Assembly (NCBI RefSeq): GCF_020745735.1
Contig: NC_083421.1
Location: 55,543,001-55,607,000 of the forward strand
Direction: 5' to 3'
Length of the DNA: 64,000 bases
Source of the DNA: Hemiscyllium ocellatum
Lineage: Eukaryota
Shown here: in pieces, positions 1 through 12,847 of the stretch
Numbering within the stretch: position 1 is the first letter of the stretch
How the letters are laid out: each line of letters begins with the position of its first letter
Notes under the pieces: model-generated
Database searches by the model: none
Seen by the model: the letters and a program-made list of their open reading frames with translations, nothing else
What the model was told of the DNA's origin: nothing
Made by a program: the position numbers and the translations under genes

Positions 1-39
1 GGATCAGCATTATTAGGCACCATTAGCTCATCTTCATAC

Positions 40-184
40 CTCTTCCAATAACTAAGCCACATTTATCAGCGGGTATTGTATATGTTATCTCTTGCATGCC
101 GCCTGGAGGTCCCATATTCCAGTCACTACGACCCCTACCCCGTCCTCTTCCAGGACCGCCAAATCCAGACTGACCATCTCTTTC
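40..184 (-). CDS. FUBP3: FUBP3 exon 12 (145 nt): [48 protein letters not shown]
   Basis: Overlaps ORF 23..211; RG-repeat linker and start of KH4; CAG acceptor, GTATGA donor. Confidence 0.96.
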
Positions 185-1519
185 CTGAAAGAAGGAATAC
201 ATATTAAACAATGGAGAGTAGGAAATACAAATAGATTTTGTTACAATTGATACTACGGTTTTAATTAATTATCAAATCACACTGAACAGAAGCAGATAAA
301 TTGAGTCTTGAAGGCATACAATTAGCTTGATGATTCAGGAGATGTCAGGTATTGAGAGTCCCTGCCCCAATTTCAACAGTTGTACTTCCAAAAAGAGCAT
401 TCAGTGAACTACGTAAATACACTCCATCTAATGGAATGAAATCAGTATTGCAATGCCTGTCAGTTAACTTTATGGATCCAAAAGATTAGTCACAATATTT
501 TATAGCTGCTTTTACTTCAAAATTTATACTGTAGTTTACTGTAGCAATTTAAACTGGAATGATCCAAGTTAAATGGGAAATGTTTACAATTATTCTGCTT
601 TAGATACTTACTTTGCACCTGCAGTCAAGATATTTTAAGATACCCTGGTTAACTCTCATAGCATTACAGATCCAAAGTCTAGACCAAGTATCAGGATCAG
701 TACTTGAGAAGCAAATAAGCTTTTTGACAGAATTAAAGCCCCATTTTAAACCTTTCATTGAATTCAATACTTTGACTTGATGGTGGTTTAATTGTTCTAC
801 TACAGGCAATTTTGAATAATTGAGTAAGAAGAGACTTCTCAAAAATTTGTTCAAAGACCCATAAACACTAAATCTCAATCTCATATTGCAAAACTTCCCT
901 AATAACATCTGTAGTAGCAAATAGAGTATGAAGTCTATTGAATTAGTTTGTCAATGCCTTTGTGCCTAGGATACAAAGCACAGATGTCTAGAACACACTG
1001 GGCGAAGTGCCCATGGAATTCTATGTGCCAGCACCTTCAGACAGGAAGAAACGTAAGTGAGGAAGGAATGGAGACAAAACAAACTGATGCAAAATTAAAT
1101 AAAATGGATAATGAATAAGAATTTTTAAAAATCAATGGATTTGAGAAACAACAAATGAAATAAGTAAACATTCTATTTTGGACATAATCATGTATGTACA
1201 AAATAGGTTTGAAATTGTATTGGTTGGGTCATGCTTCAATTCGTTCACCCAGACACAAAATCAAAACATTTCATGAACAAATGCAACTAAGCAGTTTAGA
1301 AAAACAGAATTGCTTCTTTGCCCTCCATGATCAAGTATTCATTGATGTATTTTAATGGCAACCTGGTGTCGTATTAATATAGCTGATATGGTCCTGTCAC
1401 CATAAATAAGAATCCTTAAAACAATGTCCTGCCCTGCAGCTCTAAGTAACTCAATTTAAAATTACTGAAAAAGTGTTTTTTAAAAACAACTACTGAACCA
1501 TTTAACAAAACAAAGAACT

Positions 1520-1680
1520 TCATATGCTGGAGTTCTGAAACAAAAAAAATTGCTGGAGAAACTCAGGTATGGCAGCATTTGTGGGGAGAAAACAGTTACT
1601 GTTGAGTCCTGAAGAGTCACTAGATTCAAAATACTAACTCTGTTGCATCTTCACGATGCTGCCAGACCTGCTGACCATTT
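1520..1680. repeat. Short palindromic element made of two inverted PLE-like termini
   Basis: Left part (ctcaggtatggcagcat...aacagtta) is roughly the reverse complement of the right part (taactctgtt...atgctgccagacctgctga). Related ends at about 22410-22510, 51375-51460 and 63730-63872. Confidence 0.5.
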
Positions 1681-2027
1681 AATAATTTGATTAATGCACA
1701 TTAGTCAATTTCTTAATTAATTAAATATTTTCTGAGACGAAAATGTATCCACTAATTCCCATACACCCCAGCAAATTAGCCCAATTTGAAGGAGTCTTGC
1801 TGAAGCAGCACAATCTCTTTAACTTGAGGGTCATGTAAATTACAGCTCAAGTGAACTGAATTGTGAACACGAGGATAAAAGATTTTGTGCTTTGAAAATT
1901 TCCAGATCTTTTATGTTGGTTTGTTCCACTTAGATCATGTAAAAGAAAATTAAAGGAAGTGAAAACTGCACATCATCAGTGTAACTTTCTTTGCTGAATA
2001 AGAGCATTTAAGCACTTAGTTCCTCAC

Positions 2028-2128
2028 CTGCGCAGTATGAATAAGTTCATTAATCATATGAGAAGCATGTTGACACCTATCTGGAGGTCCCATCACCTGA
2101 GCAATTCTGTCTGTCATTATACCATCAT
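2028..2128 (-). CDS. FUBP3: FUBP3 exon 11 (101 nt): DDGIMTDRIAQVMGPPDRCQHASHMINELIHTAQ
   Basis: CAG acceptor, GTGAGG donor; end of KH3. Confidence 0.96.
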
Positions 2129-2399
2129 CTGGAAGGAGAAAAAGGTTGCTAAGTGACACACATTTTGTAAGGACTGTCCTTTTATTTTTGTGTTTCTAAA
2201 ACTATGGATGAAATGCAAAAGAAATATTTTAAAACCCAATGAGGGAAAGGGTGGCTGTATGGTTGAATGTAAGTAATCAGACAGCAATGCCAAACATCAT
2301 GTAAACAACTGTATGAACAGACAATAATTGAAATTGAGTTGCAGATAATTTGGAACTAAGGGGTGTACAAATACAGCTCCGGTTGGCAACAAGGCAGTG

Positions 2400-3190
2400 G
2401 TTGGTCTACATGTGGCAGCTGGAGTTTAATTTGGATAATTACAAAGTATTGCATTTTGGTAAAATAGACAAGGGCAGGATTTATACAACTAACTAGGGCC
2501 CTGGGTAGTGTTGGAGAACAGAGAGACCTAGGGGCTTGGACACAACACTGAAATTTGCTTCAGAGGTGGACAGGGTGATTAAGAAGGCTATTAGCATGTT
2601 TGCCTTCATCACTCAGATCTTTGAGTTTAGGGGTTGGGACATCATGTTGCAGTTGCACAGGGCATTGGTGAGGCCTCTTCTGGAGTACTTTATGCAGTCC
2701 TGGTCTCCCTGTTATAGGAAGGGTATTATCAACTTGGAGAGGGTTCAGAAAAGATTTACTAGGATGTGACCAAGCATGGAGGGGTTGAGTTATAAAAATA
2801 GGTTGGGACTTTTTTCCACTGGAGCGTAGGAGGTTGAGGAGAAACCTTACAGGTTATAAAATCATGAGGGGCATAGGTAAGGTGAATAGCAAAGGTCTTT
2901 CCCTCAGGTGGAGGAGTTCAAAACAAGGAGTATTTTTTTAAGGCGAGAGAAGAAAGATTTAAAAAGGACCTGTGGGGGCAATCTTTTTTTAAAACACTGT
3001 TTCATACGTGGAATGAATTGGCAGAGAAAGTGGTGGATGCAGGCACAGTACAATGTTGAAAAGACATTTAGGTAAGTACTTTAAAAGGAAACATTGAGGG
3101 TTAAGGACAAAAAAAAAGGTAGGTGAACTAGTTTAGTTTGAGAACATGGTCGGTGTGAACTAGTTGGGACCAAAGGGTGTGTTTCCATGG
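2400..3190 (+). mobile_element. CR1 LINE 3' fragment (HER1-like)
   Basis: ORF 2536..2769 LVRPLLEY...LERVQKRFTRM; typical CR1 3' UTR. Confidence 0.9.
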
Positions 3191-3352
3191 TGGGTGGTGG
3201 GTTGTTCAGCATGAGGGTGAGAGGACAATCAGAGGGGGAAAGAGCAAATAGAGTACACAGGGGTGAGGATAGATACCAGGTGAGGGAGAAGAGGTGACAG
3301 GGCAGAGCTGGGGTGGGTTACAGCAGAGGAGTGTGTTTGTTTTTAATGTATT

Positions 3353-3572
3353 TTCTAATCAACCTGCTCAACGAGGTTATTTCATACCTATGCAGCAGGT
3401 GGAACTTGAACCCAGGCCTCTTGGCTCAGAAATATGGATACTACCACTGCACCATACTAATTTCTCAAATCATCCCGTACAAAGATATTACTGAACAGCT
3501 CTGGAACAAGTGGATCTTGAACCTGGGTCTCTTGGTCCAGGGCTTGGGACACCAATATTGCATCACAACAGC
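3353..3572 (-). mobile_element. Tandem pair of short tRNA-derived SINEs
   Basis: Two roughly 105-nt units with a B-box-like GGGTTCAAG. Same family at 4770-4846 (+), 11659-11767 (-) and 25880-25945 (-). Confidence 0.65.
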
Positions 3573-4249
3573 AGTCATACCAATCTTTTTCAGCTGTGAA
3601 TTTTAACTGTTAAGTCAGGCTAAACTTACGATTTAATTATTTGAATTGATAAGCACCATCTTAGCATAGGAAGTGTTAGACAGTAAAGTTGGAATTATAT
3701 GACTGCTACATCTGAATAATCTTATATTTTTGATGGTCCCAATATTTGCACTATGGGCAAAGACACTACCCAGAGTAGCATTCATTACATGGAAAAATAT
3801 CTGTACAGAATTAGCTTATCTCCATGGAAGCAGTGAGTGCAACTCTACAATGGCTTTCAACCCATCAGTTATTGGAGCAGAGATGTCAAAGAAAGAAAAT
3901 TAAGCCAGGAAGTACTTATGTTGAATATACAGAATCTCATTTAGCGGTGATGCTCAAGAATTAGAGTTTGTCAAGTTAGTATTTAAAGGATGATCTGAAT
4001 GACTTACTGAAAACTCCCAGTGTCCCCTGAACCTCACACTAAGATGAATAAACAGAGATATGTTGGAATATTGGGAGAGAGAACTGGAGGAAAAAAACTG
4101 ACACCAATTGTCACCAAACTGGATTGGTCAGTCTTGTTTGTCAGTGTGGTGAATTAGCCTTCAACAGTTGTAGTGTGGGGCAACATGAAAATTAAGTTTA
4201 CAATGAAGCAACAAGGCCATTAAAAAAAAAAATTTTAAACAATATTAGA

Positions 4250-4545
4250 CAAGACGATGTCCTCGATGACTGGACAGTCTAGAACCAGGAGTCACACAGC
4301 TTAACGATTTGGGCTAGGTCAGTGAGGACTAATATGAGGAGAAATTCTCTGGCATAAAAAGTGACTGAGGACAAGACATCAACAATTTTCAAAGAGTGAA
4401 GACGTAGCTCTGAAAGTTAAAGAGATCAAAGGGGGAGAAACCAAGAACAGGGTATTGAGCTTGACCATTAGCCATGATCATAATGATTGGCGGAACCAGC
4501 TCAAAGTCTATTTCTATCTCCCATTTTCTATGTCTATATGATCTT
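4250..4545 (+). mobile_element. Old CR1 3' end
   Basis: tctagaaccaggagtcacac...gatcagccatgatcat-type tail. Confidence 0.6.
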
Positions 4546-4917
4546 TATTTACATTACTTCATGTTATAACTTGTCCAGTTTGAATACCCTAAATCCTGTT
4601 TTTGGTTTCCAATTGGAAAACTATTCAGCTATTTGGGTTGACATTGATGCAAATCAAGGTGATGTTTTTACTCAGTTGCAGAGTAAAATGTTTGCACATT
4701 GAATATACTTGATAATTTTGATGGCTTTAATATATTTCAGCAGGACTTCAGCGACTAACAAGGCATCCCTGGACTGACAGACCCAAGTTCAAGTCCCATA
4801 TAATCCAGAGGTGTGCAATCACATCTCTGAACAGGTTGATTAGAAACTAGGTTAAATAAAAATACTTAAATAGATAGCTAACCCAGCCTTAGAAATCTAA
4901 ATTAGTGAAAATTAACA

Positions 4918-5234
4918 GCGGCACGGTGGCACAGTGGTTAGCACTGCTGCCTCACAGCGCCTGTCAGACCTGGGTTCAATTCCCGACTCAGGCGACTGAC
5001 TGTGTGGAGTTTGCACGTTCTCCCCGTGTCTGCGTGGGTTTCCTCCGGGTGCTCCGGTTTCCTCCCACAGTCACAAAGATGTGCGGGTCAGGTGAATTGG
5101 CCATGCTAAATTGCCCATAGTGTTAGGTAAGGGGTAAATGTAGGGGTATGGGTGGGTTGCGCTTCGGCGGGTCGGTGTGGACTTGTTGGGCCGAAGGGCC
5201 TGTTTCCACACTGTAAGTCTAATCTAAAATCTAA
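4918..5234 (+). mobile_element. HE1-like V-SINE (tRNA-derived, shark)
   Basis: A box TGGCACAGTGG, B box GGTTCAATTCC, V-domain TGTGTGGAGTTTGCACGTTCTCCCCGTGTCTGCGTGGGTTTCC, CR1-like tail and (TAATC)n end. Confidence 0.9.
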
Positions 5235-5664
5235 AACTACTGCAACTGCACTAAAAAAGCTACTTCAACACAAACACAACCAATTATCAGTACTCTGAAA
5301 CAAATTAGTAATTAAAGGAGCAATTAAGTGTTTGCTATGCTAGATGTCCATGCACTGCGTGGTTGAAAAGAACATCACAGGCTTGAAAAATCACAATATT
5401 AAAACTGGAAATGTCTATCACTTGTAATTGAAAGTAATTGGAAGTTCTGTTTTGCTGTTGAAGTCAGACAGGATTATATTGTAAGATCCTCAAGTTACAT
5501 TTTAAGGTCATCGTTTCAATCATACATCTCAGTCTTCTAGGCATCAAAGCCTGTCAATTTGTTTTTAACCCAACTCATGCATCGACTGAACTCAAATGGA
5601 CTTTGCGGAGCTAAATTGCCTAATTAGATTCAATTAACCCATGCAATACTCTAATCTGACAAGA

Positions 5665-5850
5665 GACAATAGGTGCCGGAGTAGGCCATTCTGCCCTTTG
5701 AGCCTGCACCACCATTCAATATGATCATGGCTGATCATTCTTAATCAGTATCCTGTTCCTGCCTTATCTCCATAACCCTTGATTCCACTATCCTTGAGAG
5801 CTCTATCCATCTCTTAATAAATGAATCCAGAGACTGGGTTTCCACTGCAT
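5665..5850 (-). mobile_element. CR1 3' UTR fragment
   Basis: Reverse complement of the tail gatcagccatgatcatattgaatggtggtgcaggctcaaagggcagaatggcctactcc. Confidence 0.7.
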
Positions 5851-6253
5851 CTGGAAAGCTTTTGATTAAGAATTTTATAGTCCGAGACCATTCAGCCGGG
5901 ATTTACCTGAAGAACATTTTTAATTAACAGCAGTAAGGCGAAGGATTGATAATCAGTGGTGGCAGAATCATTAGCCAAATATCACTTGAGTGATCATTTT
6001 ATTTTGCTGATATAATTAGATCTATCTACAAACACTTGTCTCCAAACTGGGCAAGCACAAAGATTATGGACACAAGTGCAAGAATGATTAAGGTTGAGGC
6101 AGCTAAAGAAAATTGAGGAACAGTCATGCTCTTTAAAGAAATGCCCAATGAAAGATGCAGGTCATTTAATAAACAAAGGTAGGACTAAAATCCAAACAGA
6201 ATGGGCCTCTTTTGTAAAAGAGCTTTCTCAATGCCAAGCAATTGTTTCCTTAC

Positions 6254-6356
6254 CTGGTTTAAACTGAATTCTAACACCAGCATCATTTTGAATCTTTTTT
6301 ATCATTTCACCATTTCTTCCTATTACAATACCAACAGCAAACCTAGGCACAGCAAC
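6254..6356 (-). CDS. FUBP3: FUBP3 exon 10 (103 nt): [34 protein letters not shown]
   Basis: Overlaps ORF 6228..6461; KH3; AAG acceptor, GTAAGG donor. Confidence 0.96.
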
Positions 6357-6669
6357 CTTGGTTAGGGGTGGTGATGGGGTGGTGGAGGGATAGAAAGAGA
6401 GAAGAGAAAAGTTTAGCTTACAAATATTTCGTACAATACACCTAAAACCTACATCCTGCAATTACCAGAACCACTGTCCCAAAAGAAAAAGGCTTCTCAT
6501 AACTTTCATTAACAGTTCAATTTCTTTGTAGAACCTCTCTCAATTAACCAAACATACCAAAGCTACTGAATGAGAGCTTAACACTAATAGCTTGTAGGAA
6601 TATATCTATCAGAGCTTATATTTTTTCAATTTCCATTCTTAAGGGTTACAGATCCATGAACTCATACAG

Positions 6670-7727
6670 AAGGTAATTTCCCCTAAACTTTTCCCCTTTC
6701 ACCTTGAATTCGTGACACCTAGTAATAGAGTCCCCCTCTCTGGGGAAAAAGCTTGTAATCCCGCCTGTCTATACCCCTCATGATTTTGTAGACCTCAAAT
6801 CAGGTCCCCCTCAACTTCTGTCTTTCTAATGAAAATAATCCTAATCTACTCAAACTCTCTTCAAAGCTAGCGCCCTCCATACCAGACAACATCCTGGTGA
6901 ACCTCCACTGCACCCTCTCCAAAGCATCCACATCCTTCTGGTAATGTGGTAAATCAGAACTGTACGCAGTATTCCAAATGTGGCCAAACTAAAATTCTAA
7001 TCAACAGTAACATGACCTGCTAACTCTTATACTCAATATCCTGCCCGATAAAGGAAAGCATGTCATACGCCTTTTTGACCACTCTACCTACATGCGTTGC
7101 CACCTTTAGGGTACAATGGACCTGAACACCCAGATCTCTCTTAGGGCTTTTCCATTTGCCATATAGTTCGCCCTTGAATTGGATCTTCCAAAATGCATCA
7201 CCTCGCATTTGTCTGGATTGAACTCCATCTACCATTTCTCTGCCCAACTCTCCAATCTATCTATCGTCTAGTGCATTTTCTGACAGTCCGCTTCACTGTT
7301 TGCTACTCCACCAATCTTAAGTGTCATCAGACCACCTATACCTTCCTCCACATCATTTAAGTATATCACAAACAACAGTGGTCCCAGCACAGATCCCTGT
7401 GGAACACCACTGGTCACAGTTCTCCATTTTGAGGAACTCCCTTCCACTACTTCTGTCTCCTGTTGCTCAGCCAGTTCTCTATCCATCTAGCTAGTACACC
7501 CTGGATCCCATGCGAATTCACTTTCTCCATCAGCCTACCATGGGGAACCTTACCAAATGCATTACTGAGGTCCATGTATATGACATCTACAGCCCTTCCC
7601 TAATCAATCAACTTTGTCACTTTCTCAAAGAATTCTATTTAGTTGGTAAGACATGATATTCCTTGTACAAAACCATGCTGCGTATCACTAATAGGCCCAT
7701 TTTATTCCAAATGTAAATGGATCTTAT
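6670..7727 (-). mobile_element. CR1 LINE RT fragment
   Basis: ORF 7268..7486 [22 protein letters not shown]; ORF 7020..7247 RDLGVQVH. Confidence 0.9.
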
Positions 7728-7893
7728 TTACTGGCATGCCAACAGTTATAAGTAGTCCTTTCATAACTAATGAATACACACAGGTGCTCCTGGTGTGTGA
7801 TGCAAAGAAACAGCAACAAATAAAAAAAATCTACCCAAAAAACATTTGAAAAACAGACTTTTTTTCAACACAAAAAAGGAATCGAGTACTTAC

Positions 7894-7992
7894 ATCTATA
7901 CTATTTCCTCCAATTCTGGAACCATAGTCATTCCGCCTGAAATCACCTTGATCTTTATCTCTGATTATTTCCATGACCATCTCTTTCGCTTG
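7894..7992 (-). CDS. FUBP3: FUBP3 exon 9 (99 nt): [33 protein letters not shown]
   Basis: CAG acceptor, GTAAGT donor; KH2-KH3 linker. Confidence 0.95.
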
Positions 7993-8399
7993 CTGGGGGT
8001 AGGGAGGAAATGGCAGAGAGAGGAGAAACTAAGTTATCATTTTTGTTCAATAATATCATGAGCAGCATGTATGCAAAAACAAAATCAATGAGTAAACACT
8101 AATTGCTACTTTCAAGAATGTACCATGATTTGCGTCAAAAATAAAATTCATAGTCAGCATTAAATAAAAACAGAATTACAGAGCCACAAACAGCACGAGG
8201 GCTCTCATCTGCATTGTCCGTGTTGTAAAGTCACAAATCAGCTCAGCTAAATGCAGTAGACACGTTAATCACCCACAAAACTAAATTATTGATCTTAACT
8301 GTCTCAGCAGATTCAAGCAAGGTATTTGGAATGAAGCACCAAGCAAACTATGTTACTGACAATCAAGACGAATGAATATAATGAAAACACAACTTCTTA

Positions 8400-9150
8400 A
8401 ATCAGAATTAGCAATTACACCCAGACAAACCTTCTGGGAAGGTGGAAAAAATGTCACAGTACAGGAGAAAATATTTCATAATACTAGACTGTCAGCATTG
8501 AAATAGTGGTGTGCTCCAGAATTGAACTTTAGGATGGAGGCAAAGAATATGGCAAAGATCCAGTCATAATGTTGGGCACATTTAACAGAATGCCAACCAA
8601 TGAAAAGGAAACAGAGATTGAAATTTTCAGGCAATTTAAAGCCATTTTATTTCTCCAAAAAGTGAAGAAAATATCTGAAGTGCAATCAGTCTTTGCCAAT
8701 ATGCCCGTAGTTTCTTTCAAATCAGTATATTGCACCAACAGAAAAACAGCACGACTTTGGAACATACTCTAGTTAATGATGAGGAGCCAGTAGAATTCTT
8801 CATGGTAGGCAAACATTGGAAAAAATAATTGCAGCATAATTATGTTCAATATGTGACTAAAAAGGGCAAATGAAAAGTTAAGGACAAAAATGCAAACAAA
8901 AATTATAAGGATGAAACCTTGCTCAGTTTACATAGAAGAAAATAAACAATCACAGATTAGTAATGGTAATTTTAAAAAGTAGTGCAAAACAGTGTAGTTT
9001 CCTACTGGTCTCAACTATGAAGGCATTTATTGACTCAAGAGAGCTAAGGGGATGAACAATGTCAGTGCTAACAGGAAAGTTCTGAGGTTCAAAAACAAAC
9101 ACAGGAAGCCAAAGACAAAATCTAAACTTACAAACTTACCTGCAAAATAA
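8400..9150 (+). mobile_element. Very old CR1 endonuclease (APE) fragment
   Basis: ORF 8569..8772 LGTFNRMPTNEKETEIEIFRQ resembles CR1 APE LGVFYRPPNS...EEQICRQ. Confidence 0.45.
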
Positions 9151-9369
9151 AATCAGTTTATGAACAAAGATCAACTAGAATCAGAGGCAGTTCTTCACAC
9201 ACAATAAGACATGCTTTGGGCTCCAGAATATGACAATAGACACTGTCTTGAATCAGTTAAGGGACAATGGGATACATTTAGAACTTATTTTAAATCAATA
9301 TACTGCTCCAATAGGAAGGAAGCATGAATTAGTATTTGTAGATAACATGTGCTTTGCTGGTTGTTGGTA

Positions 9370-9800
9370 ACAAACACTACATTGGACAGACAGGCAGAAA
9401 ACTAGCCACCAGGATACACTAACACCAACTAGCCACAAAAAAGATATGACCCACTATTACTAGTATCCTTACATACACACAAAGGAGGACACCACTGACT
9501 GAACCAACCCATCCATCCTAGGACATGCTAAACAGAGACATGCCCAGGAATTCCTCGAGGCTGACATTCAAACCAAATCAATAAACACATCAATTTAGAC
9601 CCCATTTATCAACCTCTGAGCCGGAAATGATATCACCCACTTTAACAGACCAAGACAATAAATAGAAAGTAAGACTGAACATCAGTGCTTCATCTGGAGG
9701 CTCACTGATGATGCTACCTAGCATGATGACAAAACATCTGAAAACAAACCTGTCAACTCAGCGAGCAAATTTACAACCCAAACCTGAATTACAGATCTTA
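9370..9800 (+). mobile_element. Penelope-like 3' fragment (family A-related) with decayed hammerhead at 9701-9741
   Basis: Similar to 17300-17740 (cactacattggacagacaggcagaaaactagccaccagg...; ctgatgatgctacctagcatgatgacaaaacatc). Confidence 0.8.
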
Positions 9801-9829
9801 AAAATGTGCAACCTATGGTTATAAGTACC

Positions 9830-11960
9830 CAACTCTCTATTACTTTCTGCAACTTTATAATTCATATCTAGCAATGTTGAAGAACATATCCAAACAGAAT
9901 GGCTTTTAAGCTGTAAAACTGTTATTTTTCTGCCTTTACCAATAGTTTTCTCTGGGCTTCTCCACTCTTTAGGCTTCTCTTATCAGGAACTGTCTCCCTG
10001 AATTAAACTGTTTTCAATGGTCTTACATTATGCTCGACAAATTCTTCCAGTGACTTTGTTTCTAACGGAAGCCTTTGTGCCTGGGTGCAGTGCATTCAAT
10101 ACTCAAAAAGAAATGCAGAGCTAATTGCAGCCCCTTCCAAGCTGGGGACTGATCTCATTACTGACAGAACTTTAGGATTTTTACCAAAAACAGATGATAT
10201 CTTCCAAATATCTGCAGTGAGCTGTTAGCAGGGACACTCCATGCTAGCACAGACAACAATGTATAAATTAGCAGATCTGCCTAAATTTCATGCAGTAATA
10301 GATTAAATAGTTTCTTTCACACAACCCACTGACAAGAGTTTGCTGTTAACGTATTAACTCACATTCACATTTGCACACATCACTAAATTCATTAGTATCA
10401 GTGAGAAATTTTGCCAGTGGTCCAAGTTCAATTTTTAAATACTTTTCTCATTATCACATCCACAATAATACTATGTATTATTGTTGACTCACTAGATCCG
10501 GTTGTCAAGTCTACAAGGTATAAAGTGAAAATGCCTTCCACCAAATACCAACTTCATTAAAGTGTTATGTCCTATTAAAGGACTACTTTGTGTAAATTGC
10601 AAAAGCATAGACTTTCCAAATCCAATAGCTTTGTTGTTTTCTATATTCAGATTCACGTGTGCTTTCATTAATGGTCTACTAACAACACTTTCACTGGATA
10701 CAACTAATTTATATCTAATAAAATAATTCACTCTGGTTATTTTACAATGGATTTTAATGTGTTGTCTTCCCAAATCTGAAACTGATGGAACTCTCAAATT
10801 TTTCAATAGGCAGTCTATTCCCCAAACTGTAACCATGCATTGCTATTTATTACCTCACAACTGATCAATTCTACCACCAATACTTTCATCACTAGCTTGA
10901 AATTTATGACCAATACAATATCTTCTCTTTGATCCATATCTCCATCAGAATCTTCAGGTTCACATTCAGCTCAAATACTATTATAATGCTTGGGATAGTC
11001 CATAGAACAATGGCATTTTGACTGTGACCTGAAACATTAATTGACATCGAGTATTTCTGGATATCATTTTTATTGTAAACCACAAGTACTCTTCACTTCT
11101 CAAACTTGTCAAAAGTATTTTTCTTGTCATTTCTTTTAGAGATTTCTTTTTATTATTGCTCACACCCTGTATCCAACTGGTCTCACCAGGCCATCGACAT
11201 GGTGTCCTTTTTTTTGTCCGATTTCCCATTTGCACTACAAATGCTGCTGGAAAGGAATTATCCCCAGGGGATTTTTTTTTAAGTTCTTCTGACATTTTTT
11301 CCAGCAGTGTGCGTTTATCTGCAAATATATTCCTTGACAAACCTAGAAATCTGTAAAAACTCATTATTTTAGTACAATATAAAACCTAAAGGCCAGATTG
11401 GAGAAATTCAAAATGGATTTACCAGTCAATATATAAACAAATGTGCTGAATTCCATTGTGTTCTCCTCCATGGAACTATCTTCACACTTTCTGACTTTGT
11501 CAAATTTTGACCATTTTTCATAAGCAATCAGCATAATCAACTTTTTGATTAATTTTATCCATGCAAGTTAATAATTTGTCCGAACTTCAGTCTGCGTTCG
11601 GATCATCGGTCTCTAATTCTGTATACAAACATTGCTAAGCCTGCTTTTTGTAGATATTTTCTGAGCAACCTATTCAGAAATGTTATTACACACCTCTGGA
11701 GCAGATGGAACCTGAACCCAGGTCTCCTGGCTCAGAGGTAGGGACACCATCATTGCACCACAACAGCATTTGTGTAGTTGCACCAAAGGCAAGTATCTTT
11801 TTCAGTAAAGTAACATTTACCTACATGATTACTTCATTCTTCCACTCATCATAAGATTCACATTAAGAAAACAAAAGTGGGCAAACAAACTCATCCTTTA
11901 GATTTTTATCCAGTCATTGCTCATTTTCTAATTACTGTTCTGTTAGAGTGAAAATTAAAC
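9830..11960 (-). mobile_element. Highly decayed Copia-order LTR retrotransposon internal region (gag-zinc knuckle-protease-integrase)
   Basis: Minus-strand fragments: ESYDEWKNEV; DKLLTCMDKI...AYEKWSKFDKVRK...SMEE; FADKRTLLEKMSEELKK; CFRSQSKCHCSMDYPK (decayed CCHC); VVSSESVVSRPLMKAHVNLNIENNKAIGFGKSMLLQFTQS (protease C-terminal part); LGPLAKFLTD...GLCERN (integrase core). Confidence 0.6.
11659..11767 (-). mobile_element. Short tRNA-derived SINE inserted in the Copia-like gag
   Basis: Minus strand TGTGGTGCAATGATGGTGTCCC...CTGGGTTCAGGTTCC...GTGTGTAATAACA. Confidence 0.7.
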
Positions 11961-12128
11961 ATTATTCTTTGACTTATAAAGAGCCATTTATTCTTTGCTA
12001 CCAATAATAAATTTTAGCAACCAAAGGCTAGTTAGACAGAACCCAAGCATATATTTCCTAGTCAAATTTATTCCAATTCAACAAAATTCCAGAGCAGTTT
12101 ACCTATTAAACATATACAATAACACAGT

Positions 12129-12396
12129 GGGCGGTACGGTGGCACAGTAGTTAGCACTGTTGCCTCACAGCGCCAGGGACCTGGGTTCAATTCCCGCCTC
12201 AGGTGACTGACTGTGTGGAGTTTGCAGTTCTCCCCATAACTGCGAGGGTTTCCTCCGGTGAATTGGCCATGCTAAATTGCCCGTAGTGTTAGGCAAGGGG
12301 TAAATGTAGGGGTATGAGTGGGTTGCGCTTCGGTGGGTCGGTGTGGATTTGTTGGGCCAAAAGGGCCTGTTTCCACACTAAGTAATCTAATCTAAT
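12129..12396 (+). mobile_element. HE1-like V-SINE with internal deletion
   Basis: Same family; about 45 nt missing at gtttcctccggtgaattgg. Confidence 0.9.
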
Positions 12397-12487
12397 ATTA
12401 GATACACAAAAACATCCAGTCAGATTCTCACCCAGTTAACACCTTTAATTAATACACAGCCACCAACTGTCCCCTCGTTCAATTTGG

Positions 12488-12518
12488 CCTCTGGCAATTT
12501 GACCTCTGGCAATTTGAC
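12488..12518 (+). repeat. 15-bp tandem duplication CCTCTGGCAATTTGA x2
   Basis: Read directly. Confidence 0.85.
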
Positions 12519-12787
12519 AGAAATTACTTGAAGGTAACCCATGGAATTAATTGAATGAATCTTTGCTGAATGCCACCAAACGAGGTATATTTTTCCTTTG
12601 ATATGGAGATCAAAACTGTGTAATATTCCATGTGTGATCTCTCAGATTTTTAGCCTGTGGAGTTTTGCTCATCTCAACCAGTCACGGCATAAACCTGAAA
12701 TTGCATTCTTCTCCAGAACCCTGTCACAGAATTTTGTTGTTTCTTATTTCATCAAATACAAAACAAAGTAAACATTGATGGTGAAAT

Positions 12788-12847
12788 CGATTTTCTAGCA
12801 ACACATTTTCAGCTCTGATCTCCAGCATCTGTAGTCCTCACTTTCTC
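12788..12847 (+). mobile_element. 60-bp PLE family B terminal fragment with 15-bp TSD
   Basis: ...ctccagcatctgtagtcctcactttctc matches 36005-36037; flanked by CATTGA(T/C)GGTGAAAT at 12773-12787 and 12848-12862. Confidence 0.7.

Noticed and set aside
600-920. This and the many other 60-130 aa ORFs in the track
   Set aside because: They fall in AT-rich intron or in off-frames of SINE/LINE/PLE copies and show no protein signatures.
4918-4990. tRNA gene
   Set aside because: A/B boxes continue into a V-domain and LINE-like tail, so it is a SINE head; the same applies to the other copies.
6357-6366. U12-type intron suggested by CCTAAC next to the acceptor
   Set aside because: The donor of this intron is GTAAGT (U2 type), not GTATCCT.
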